A DNA stretch of 44,585 nucleotides from Bacteroidota bacterium. Lineage in GTDB: Bacteria; Bacteroidota; Bacteroidia; Bacteroidales; CG2-30-32-10. The translations under genes and the position numbers were made by a program. How positions within the stretch are numbered: the stretch's first letter is position 1; each line of letters starts with the position of its first letter. The DNA is taken from the NCBI GenBank assembly GCA_013334735.1, contig JAAXXA010000001.1, positions 1-44,585 on the forward strand, given 5' to 3'. Below, piece by piece: positions 8,653-15,297 of the stretch. Below the pieces are notes generated by a model. The model did no database searches, was not told the origin of the DNA, and saw only the letters and a list, made by a program, of their open reading frames with translations.

Positions 8653-10683
8653 TCAATTATCATTAACACAACGAACACTTAACCCACCGGTTTTGAAATT
8701 CATCCACCGATTTACTTCAGCTGACCCGGAACCTAACATGCGAAACCAAATGTAAGTAGCATCTGAGTATTCTGAAGCTGTTGCCCAGTAACCATTGGTG
8801 AGATAACTGTTTGTAGTACCATTTGGGTTACGGTTGCCACCGGGTAAAGCGCTGAAGCCACTAGTGTTTGTACCGGCACTTGGGCTTGACCATGTGCCTG
8901 AAGTTTTCATTTTATTTCCCACAGTAACTCCATGAAAGCCTTCGAAATTACAATCAATACCTGACTCAATGGCATTTTCCATAATACAAAATTCGGCATC
9001 TTTAGGTATGTGCCAGCCTGTTGGACAAATGCCCTGAATATTCCCCGTAGGTATTGGACTCCATGTAGCTGTATTGGTAGCTCCATTTATGTATTGAACC
9101 ATCTCTGCCCATTGGTATAAACCGCCGTAGGTATTGCAGTTGTTTACATCATTGCCATAGCAGTATTTTTCTACACTGCCGTTATTTGTTTGTTCTGAAG
9201 CTGAATTTATATAAGTTCCACTGGTGCTATAATTAATATTTTGTGCCATCCAGCACTGTGAACCTATCAGCACGGTATTATATGTTTTGCTGTCTCTGGA
9301 ATCGGTTAGGGTTGTGCCGCATACGAAACAAGCTAAGGTAGAATATGTTATTGTATTGGAATTGCCGCTCGTTCCACAAGTATTCTCTGCTCTTACCCGA
9401 TAGTAATAGGTTGTTCCGCATATTATTCCTGCTACATTATAGGTGGTTACAGTGCTTACATCCTTATTGTTGTACCCTGTTACGAAATTTGCAAAACTAC
9501 TGTTGGTGGATACATCAAGGTGGTAATGTGTTGCTCCTGAGGAAACATTCCAGTTAGTTGTTATTTGTGTTGTAGTAGCTTCGCTACCTGCTGAAGCTAC
9601 AAGAGCGGCAGGTGCGTTATTTACTGTAACTGTTGTACAATTTGCGACACCAGTTCCGCATTCGTTATAAGCCGAAACACATACGTTCCCTGTAGTATTT
9701 CCTAAAGTTACAATAATGTTATTTGTTCCTGTTCCTGATGTTATTACGGTTCCCAATGGATATGTCCAAATGTAAGATGTTGCTCCTGTAATGGGAGTAA
9801 TGGAGTAATTTATGCCTGTTGCATTTGCGCATACACTTGTTGAACCTGTTATTGAACCGGTGATGCCGGGTATTGCTCCATTGTTTGTGTTTAAAGGAAC
9901 CCAGTTAACTCCATCAAAATAATTGAAATTATTACAATCAATATTAAAAACCATTAATCCTGCAACTGGGGATGCAATTGCACTTCGTTGTGCAGTTGTC
10001 ATTCGTGGCATTAATGCTCCCTGAGTTGTTGAGCTTACCTCTAACGCTGCCGAAGAAGCTGGCGATGTTGTTCCGATTCCTACATTAGTTCCATTGTTAT
10101 ATAATAAACTGTTTGCAACCCAGCTTGAGCCATCGTTTCGTAAGGTTTGACCAGAAGTACCTGCAATTAAGGGACCTGTAGCTCCTGTAGCTCCCGTGGT
10201 ACCGTTAGTACCGGTTTCTCCATTAGCGCCTGTTGTTCCTGTAGCTCCTTGAGGACCAATAGCCTGTGCCCAAGCCGAACCATTGTAATAATAGTAGCCG
10301 GGAGTGTTGTCGGTTTGATAAATTAAGCATCCAGTAGCAGGAGCATGACCGGCGATACCATCGGATCCTATTAACTGATTTCGCTGTGCCATAGTCATTC
10401 TTGGAATAAGGGCGCCTTGCGTTGTACTGCTTATATCAAGGGCTGCGGAGTTATCAGCTTCATTGCCGGTGGTGTTGATAGATACACCTTGAGAAAAACA
10501 ATGAAAAGTTGAAAAAAAACATAAGGCAATAAAAAAGGCATAAGGCATCCGCCTATGGCGGAGGCATAAGGCAAAACGAGATTTCGTTTTACTCACGTTA
10601 TTACTTATTTTTATAAAGTGTTTCCCGAATCGAGTTCGGGACAAGCTGTGATCCGCCATTGGCGGACGCTTTGCTAAGTTCAT
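8653..10683 (-). CDS. Secreted N-module family protein with TIGR02145-type C-terminal domain; start uncertain because of a 90-nt insertion after the ATG
   Basis: The track ORF extends to an ATG at 10737, which would overlap the upstream gene's stop. The ATG at 10683 (MNLAKR..) is the counterpart of the MKTK.. start of the paralogs, with 30 inserted codons after it. Alternative starts downstream of the insert are GTG at 10596 and ATG at 10548 (MPYAFFIALCFF..CFSQ/GVSINTTG). Domains: N-module x2, 10 GXY triplets, Ig-like, Fn3-like, and DSRDSKTYNTVLIGSQCWMAQNINY..YGGLYQWAE..CPTGWHIPKDAEF..LSVRCVNDN. Confidence 0.8.
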   Translation of the reverse strand: MNLAKRPPMADHSLSRTRFGKHFIKISNNVSKTKSRFALCLRHRRMPYAFFIALCFFSTFHCFSQGVSINTTGNEADNSAALDISSTTQGALIPRMTMAQRNQLIGSDGIAGHAPATGCLIYQTDNTPGYYYYNGSAWAQAIGPQGATGTTGANGETGTNGTTGATGATGPLIAGTSGQTLRNDGSSWVANSLLYNNGTNVGIGTTSPASSAALEVSSTTQGALMPRMTTAQRSAIASPVAGLMVFNIDCNNFNYFDGVNWVPLNTNNGAIPGITGSITGSTSVCANATGINYSITPITGATSYIWTYPLGTVITSGTGTNNIIVTLGNTTGNVCVSAYNECGTGVANCTTVTVNNAPAALVASAGSEATTTQITTNWNVSSGATHYHLDVSTNSSFANFVTGYNNKDVSTVTTYNVAGIICGTTYYYRVRAENTCGTSGNSNTITYSTLACFVCGTTLTDSRDSKTYNTVLIGSQCWMAQNINYSTSGTYINSASEQTNNGSVEKYCYGNDVNNCNTYGGLYQWAEMVQYINGATNTATWSPIPTGNIQGICPTGWHIPKDAEFCIMENAIESGIDCNFEGFHGVTVGNKMKTSGTWSSPSAGTNTSGFSALPGGNRNPNGTTNSYLTNGYWATASEYSDATYIWFRMLGSGSAEVNRWMNFKTGGLSVRCVNDN
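10168..10257 (-). repeat. Collagen-like GXY tract, 10 triplets
   Basis: Encodes GPQ GAT GTT GAN GET GTN GTT GAT GAT GPL within 8653..10683. Confidence 0.8.
10537..10572. repeat. 15-nt palindrome TCCGCCTATGGCGGA flanked by direct repeats GGCATAAGGC, inside signal-peptide codons
   Basis: GGCATAAGGC (10537-10546), A, TCCGCCTATGGCGGA (10548-10562), GGCATAAGGC (10563-10572). Confidence 0.7.
10591..10680 (-). repeat. 90-nt two-hairpin element inserted in frame immediately after the start codon (copy 1)
   Basis: I aligned the minus strand against paralog 10719..13007: ..atatattATG[AACTTAGCAAAGCGTCCGCCAATGGCGGATCACAGCTTGTCCCGAACTCGATTCGGGAAACACTTTATAAAAATAAGTAATAACGTGAGT]AAAACGAAATCT.. versus ..atatattATGAAAACAAAATCT... 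The insert is exactly 90 nt. It contains the palindromes TCCGCCA-T-TGGCGGA (10652-10666) and TCCCGAA-tcgag-TTCGGGA (10623-10641). Confidence 0.75.
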
Positions 10684-10718
10684 AATATATAATTTAAAAA
10701 GATTTTTATAAAAATAAA

Positions 10719-13007
10719 TTAATTGTCCTTTAAACATCTGACACTTCCACCAAGGGCTTTTGGTAATGTGTTTGGGAATACATTGGAGTATGCGTAATGC
10801 AAGCCGAAATCACCTGCAGAAGTTGCATTGTTCTCCGTGGCTGTCCAACATTCGAAGCAGACGCCAACATCGGTGAACGAGCCACCGCTATTGAGATAAC
10901 CACCAGGAAGTGCGTTAAAACCGCTGCTATTGTTACTTGCCTGGTTACAACCTACATTACCGGACGTTCCACTAGAATTCCAACCCGACGTTGAAGCCAT
11001 TGATTTTGCCGAGTAAGTGCCTCCAAGATAAGTATATAGAGTTGCCCATTCAGCAGCACTTGGTATATGCCAACCTGTTGGGCAAATACCTTGAACAGGT
11101 GGAGCTGGTTGCTGCGATGTGGTGTTAGAACAACCATTTTTGTATGCCATCGCCTCAGACCATTGATATATACCTCCATAAGAAGTGCAATTGGCTTCAT
11201 TATCTCCATAACAATATTTTTCTATACTAGTATTATTATTATCAGTTCCGCTGGTTTGAGTAGCACTACCGGCAACTTTAATACCTACATTCATGTTTTG
11301 AGCCATCCAACATTGAGTACCTATGAGAACACTAGCATATTGTTTGCTATCTCGGGAATCTGTTATCGTACTGCCGCAGTTAAAACAAACTGAAGTAGCA
11401 TAAGTTATTGCTCCTGAATTACCGCTTGTGCTGCAAGTATTCTCCGCTCTTACCCTATAGTAATAGGTTGTTCCGCAAGTGAGACCTGTTATATTACATG
11501 TAATTACGGTACTTACATCCTTATTGCTAAAGCCTGTTACAAAATTTGCAAAACTGCCACTTGTAGATACATCAAGATGGTAATGTGTTGCACCCGTAGA
11601 GACATTCCAGTTAGCAGTTATTTGTGTTTCTGTAGCTCCACTACCAACAGCAGCCACAGGTGGAAATAATGATAAACTGTTCATGACACTTATCCATGTT
11701 GTGCCATTATAATATTGTAGTTCATTACAATCGGTATTGTAAATTATTAGACCTGTGGCAGGAGTGGTAGGTCTGTTAGCTATAGCAACACGGGGTATAA
11801 GTATTCCTTGCGTAGTTGAACTCAAATCAAGTAGTGCCGAAGAAGCCGGGCTTACTGTACCGATACCAACGTTAGTTCCATTGTTATATAATAAACTGTT
11901 TGCAGCCCAGCCCGAGCCATCGTTTCGTAAAGTTTGTCCTGAATTACCTGTAACCAAAGGACCTGTTGCTCCTGTAGCTCCCGTTGCTCCAACAACTGCA
12001 GTTAACCCGAATGAAGTAATTACATAAGAAACATGAGTAGAGCCTTCATATACAAAGCTTACGGTTTTATTGCCATTAGTGTTTTTAACATATATTTTAA
12101 CAATTATTCTATCGGATGAGTTCATTGCTACCGGACTTGTTTGAGTATAATTGGTAATTATTTCTGCTACAGAAGTATTTGTAATATTGGGGCTTGTAAC
12201 ATTAAATATTTCAGTTTCAGTATAGGGAGAATCGGAAATTCTTTTAAAAACTCTGAAAACTAAATTTCCGGTGTTAGCGTTAACAAAACCATAAGTATGG
12301 AATTGCCACAAACCAATTGGGAAGCTTGATAAACCGGGAACAGCGGGAAGTGTTGCGTATGCATCCACTAAATATTCAGTATTTGAATTAGTGCAAGGTA
12401 TTGCTTCAATTACTTCTGATCCCGCGTTTGGAATTCGTTTGAAACCTTCATATCCGGAAATATCTGAATCCGCGTGATGAAACCAATAAAGTTGACCAGA
12501 TGTTTGCCCATCAGAGCCTGTAGTGCCAGTTGTGCCTGTAATTCCTGTAACACCGGTGTTACCTGTTGTTCCATTACTTCCGTTGCTTCCCGCAGCGCCT
12601 GTTGGACCTGTTGCGCCTGTATTACCTGCCGCTCCATTGGTTCCATTAGTACCAGAAGCGCCTGTGGGACCTATAGCCTGCATCCAAGCAGAGCCATTGT
12701 AGTAATAATAGCCGGGAGTGTTGTCGGTTTGATAAATTAAGCAACCTGTGGCAGGGGCATGTCCCGAGATACCATCAGAGCCAATTAACTGATTTCGCTG
12801 CGCCATAGTCATTCTTGGAATAAGAGCGCCTTGCGTTGTGCTGCTTATATCAAGGGCTGCGGAGTTATCGGCTTCATTTCCTGTGGTATTGATGCTTACG
12901 CCCTGAGCGAAACAATTAAAAGTTAAAAAAAGACATAAGGCAATAAAAAAGGCATAAGGCATCCGCCTATGGCGGAGGCATAAGGCAAAAGGAGATTTTG
13001 TTTTCAT
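10719..13007 (-). CDS. Secreted N-module family protein: N-module, 19-triplet collagen-like tract, inserted ~170-aa beta-rich domain, second N-module, Fn3-like, TIGR02145-type domain
   Basis: Starts MKTKSPFALCLRHRRMPYAFFIALCLFLTFNCFAQ/GVSINTTGNEADNSAALDISSTTQGALIPRMT. Collagen-like tract: GPTGASGTNGTNGAAGNTGATGPTGAAGSNGSNGTTGNTGVTGITGTTGTTGSDGQT. C-terminal motifs: DSRDSKQYASVLIGTQCWMAQNMNV..YGGIYQWSE..CPTGWHIPSAAEW..GSVRCLKDN. Confidence 0.9.
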   Translation of the reverse strand: MKTKSPFALCLRHRRMPYAFFIALCLFLTFNCFAQGVSINTTGNEADNSAALDISSTTQGALIPRMTMAQRNQLIGSDGISGHAPATGCLIYQTDNTPGYYYYNGSAWMQAIGPTGASGTNGTNGAAGNTGATGPTGAAGSNGSNGTTGNTGVTGITGTTGTTGSDGQTSGQLYWFHHADSDISGYEGFKRIPNAGSEVIEAIPCTNSNTEYLVDAYATLPAVPGLSSFPIGLWQFHTYGFVNANTGNLVFRVFKRISDSPYTETEIFNVTSPNITNTSVAEIITNYTQTSPVAMNSSDRIIVKIYVKNTNGNKTVSFVYEGSTHVSYVITSFGLTAVVGATGATGATGPLVTGNSGQTLRNDGSGWAANSLLYNNGTNVGIGTVSPASSALLDLSSTTQGILIPRVAIANRPTTPATGLIIYNTDCNELQYYNGTTWISVMNSLSLFPPVAAVGSGATETQITANWNVSTGATHYHLDVSTSGSFANFVTGFSNKDVSTVITCNITGLTCGTTYYYRVRAENTCSTSGNSGAITYATSVCFNCGSTITDSRDSKQYASVLIGTQCWMAQNMNVGIKVAGSATQTSGTDNNNTSIEKYCYGDNEANCTSYGGIYQWSEAMAYKNGCSNTTSQQPAPPVQGICPTGWHIPSAAEWATLYTYLGGTYSAKSMASTSGWNSSGTSGNVGCNQASNNSSGFNALPGGYLNSGGSFTDVGVCFECWTATENNATSAGDFGLHYAYSNVFPNTLPKALGGSVRCLKDN
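12501..12671 (-). repeat. Collagen-like GXY tract, 19 triplets
   Basis: Encodes GPT GAS GTN GTN GAA GNT GAT GPT GAA GSN GSN GTT GNT GVT GIT GTT GTT GSD GQT within 10719..13007. Confidence 0.8.
12951..12986. repeat. 15-nt palindrome TCCGCCTATGGCGGA flanked by direct repeats GGCATAAGGC, inside signal-peptide codons
   Basis: GGCATAAGGC (12951-12960), A, TCCGCCTATGGCGGA (12962-12976), GGCATAAGGC (12977-12986). Degenerate versions are at 15140-15154 (tcagcctatggcgga) and 18944-18958 (tacgcctatggcgga). Confidence 0.7.
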
Positions 13008-13071
13008 AATATATATATTTTAATTTTAATATAGTTTTAGTATGCTTAATTCAAAGTAACCATTAAATTGA

Positions 13072-13079
13072 CAAATTTA
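13072..13079 (-). promoter_or_regulatory. Candidate Bacteroidota -7 promoter box (TAAATTTG)
   Basis: Plus caaattta reads TAAATTTG on the minus strand. It lies about 65 nt upstream of the ATG at 13007 and overlaps the 3' side of the hairpin at 13076..13113. Confidence 0.3.
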
Positions 13080-13113
13080 CCCCATTAGATAACTTCGTAT
13101 TTAACGGGGTAAA
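13076..13113 (-). terminator. Possible intrinsic terminator hairpin after 13122..15275
   Basis: An 8-bp stem TTTACCCC (13076-13083) pairs with GGGGTAAA (13106-13113) around a 22-nt loop. On the minus-strand RNA it begins 8 nt after the stop codon and is followed by UUUGUCAAUUUAAU. The long loop and only moderately U-rich tail make this weak. Confidence 0.3.
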
Positions 13114-13121
13114 TCAAATTG

Positions 13122-15275
13122 TCAGTCTTTTAAGCAACGGAGTGATGCACCAAAAGCTTTTTCGTAGCTGACCATGTGGCTCGGACCACCATCGAAAGTA
13201 ATTAACCAGCTATTACTAGCGCTATTCTGCGTACTGCCCCAATAGTAGCCCCAGTAACCACGATATTCCAGCACACCATTAATTCTGAGTGTACCTGCTC
13301 CATGGATTTTTAAAACAGAATTATAAATGTCGGTATAATTAGGCCAACCAGCCACAACATTCGTCCATTCCGTGAAACTAGGGATACGCCAACCTGAGCC
13401 AAGCTCTGAGGTGCAGGGGTCGTTAATTGGAAGCCAATCACTTGCTTCACTAATTGAAATAGTCCATGTAGGAGTTGAGCCAACTTTATATCCCTGCTTT
13501 CGGTTAAACTGCCAATACCAACCCGCAGAGGCATCAGTTAAATCTGTAGCAGCAGAAGTTGCCTGTTGATCGGCGCCAAGGTTTTGGGTTATCCAGCATT
13601 TACTTGCTCCTGAAAGACTTGTTGTTACTGTGCCATAGTTTACTGTCTTTGTTACAGGGGCTACTCCAATGCCGAGTGTATGGGTAATAGGTAAAGCGTT
13701 GCCACAAGAAAATGCAGGAGTAGGATTGTCTTTAATGCAACGTATGGAATTACCAATAGCCTTGATTTCATCGTGATATACACCACAATAAGCGCTGTAA
13801 GATCGCATTAGCCAGCCGTAGGTAGCATCGTACTGCGAGCTACTCCAATAGAAACCGTAGTTACCTCGAAGACTTAACGAACCATCGCCGCTTGTCAGGT
13901 AGCCTGCAGCATGAAGTTTTAACACTGAATTGTAAGTGTCGGTGTATGTACTCCAATTTTGTGGAGAGCCATCAGCAGCAGTCCATTCAGTTTGGGTAGG
14001 GATACGCCAACCGTTGCCAAGCTCAATTTTGCATGGATCATTGACAGGCAACCAGTCGCTGGTTTCGTTTATAGAAGTAATCCAGGTTGTACTTGGTGTA
14101 CGAGTACTTCCATCGTGTTTATATCCCTGCTTTCTGTTAAACTGCCAATACCAACCTGCGGAGGCTTCAGAGGCATCAGTTGCTGAAGATGCCTGATTAT
14201 TAGAACCTAAGTTTTGAGTAATCCAGCATTTACTAGCGCCCGAAAGACTTGTTGTTACAGTTCCATAGTTCACTGTTTTTGTTTCAGGCGATACTGTACC
14301 AATAGTGTGGGAAACAGCATAAATGTTATCACAAGTAAAAGCAGTAGTAGTAATAACCACATCGTCAGTAGAAGCTGTACAAGTTGAATTTGAAATCGTC
14401 CAACGCAGAGTTGCTACACCGGGTACTTCTAATCCTGTTACTCCGGAAGTTGGAGAATTTGGAGTAGTTATGGTGGCTGTGCCGGATACTACTGACCACA
14501 AGCCTGTACCAACTGTGGGTGTATTTCCCGCTAATGTGGCAATGCTAACACCACCGGCAGGATTTATATCAGTACCCGCAGCAGCTGATGTTGGAGCCGC
14601 ATTTATCGTAATTGTTAAAGTTTGAGGAGTACCATTGCCACAAGTATTGCTTGGCGTAACTGTTAGTGTGCCGGAAGTAGCGGTAATGAAATTTGCAGTA
14701 ATTGAGTTTGAAGGGTAGCCTAATGGATAATTAAAACCTGTACCAGAATATGTCCAAGTATAAGTAACTCCAGAAACATTTGTAACTGAATAAGATACAT
14801 TACTCTGACTTTGGCAAACAGAGTTTAAACCTGTAATTATACTTGGTTGTGTAGGAGGTGTACAAGCGGCAGGGCACGATACTGTATTCCAAGCTCCATT
14901 TACATAAGCTTCAAAACAGTTTGTCGTAATATTAAATATTATAAGACCAGCTGCTGGTGATGTTATCAGATCACGTTGTGTTGTAGTCATACGTGGTATC
15001 AGTACGCCCTGTGTTGTACTGCTTATATCAAGGGCTGCGGAGTTATCAGCTTCATTACCGGTTGTGTTGATGCTTATGCCCTGAGAAAAACAGTGAAAAG
15101 TTAAAAAAAGGTATAAGGCAATAAAAAAGGCATAAGGCATCAGCCTATGGCGGAGGCATAAGGCATAAGGTGTTTTTGTTTTACTCACGTTATTATTTAT
15201 TTTAATAAGGTGTTTCCCGAATCGAGTTCGGGAAAAGCTGTGATCCGCCATTGGCGGACGTTTTGCTAAGTTCAT
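13122..15275 (-). CDS. Secreted N-module family protein with two tandem TIGR02145-related lectin-like domains; carries the same 90-nt post-ATG insertion
   Basis: MNLAKRPPMADHSFSRTRFGKHLIKINNNVS precedes KTKTPYALCLRHRLMPYAFFIALYLFLTFHCFSQ/GISINTTG. Two copies of ..VNYGTVTTSLSGASKCWITQNLG..AGWYWQFNRKQGYK..WLP(V/I)NDPC..GWRIP..EWT..S(I/L)RC(I/L)KD are present. Between them and the N-module lie Ig-like modules (CQSQSNVSYSVTNVSGVTYTWTYSG; GTGLWSVVSGTATI..LRWTISNSTC). Confidence 0.85.
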   Translation of the reverse strand: MNLAKRPPMADHSFSRTRFGKHLIKINNNVSKTKTPYALCLRHRLMPYAFFIALYLFLTFHCFSQGISINTTGNEADNSAALDISSTTQGVLIPRMTTTQRDLITSPAAGLIIFNITTNCFEAYVNGAWNTVSCPAACTPPTQPSIITGLNSVCQSQSNVSYSVTNVSGVTYTWTYSGTGFNYPLGYPSNSITANFITATSGTLTVTPSNTCGNGTPQTLTITINAAPTSAAAGTDINPAGGVSIATLAGNTPTVGTGLWSVVSGTATITTPNSPTSGVTGLEVPGVATLRWTISNSTCTASTDDVVITTTAFTCDNIYAVSHTIGTVSPETKTVNYGTVTTSLSGASKCWITQNLGSNNQASSATDASEASAGWYWQFNRKQGYKHDGSTRTPSTTWITSINETSDWLPVNDPCKIELGNGWRIPTQTEWTAADGSPQNWSTYTDTYNSVLKLHAAGYLTSGDGSLSLRGNYGFYWSSSQYDATYGWLMRSYSAYCGVYHDEIKAIGNSIRCIKDNPTPAFSCGNALPITHTLGIGVAPVTKTVNYGTVTTSLSGASKCWITQNLGADQQATSAATDLTDASAGWYWQFNRKQGYKVGSTPTWTISISEASDWLPINDPCTSELGSGWRIPSFTEWTNVVAGWPNYTDIYNSVLKIHGAGTLRINGVLEYRGYWGYYWGSTQNSASNSWLITFDGGPSHMVSYEKAFGASLRCLKD
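15183..15272 (-). repeat. 90-nt two-hairpin element inserted in frame immediately after the start codon (copy 2)
   Basis: It has the same element and the same position relative to ATG/AAAAC as copy 1, with about 6 substitutions in 90 nt. Both palindromes are retained, and the second stem is extended to TTTCCCGAA/TTCGGGAAA. Confidence 0.75.
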
Positions 15276-15297
15276 AATTTTAATTTTTATTTATTCG

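Noticed and set aside
10719-10737. A 19-nt overlap between 8653..10737 and 10719..13007
   Set aside because: The overlap comes from taking the most upstream ATG. The paralog alignment places the homologous start at 10683, or further downstream, which leaves a normal spacer.
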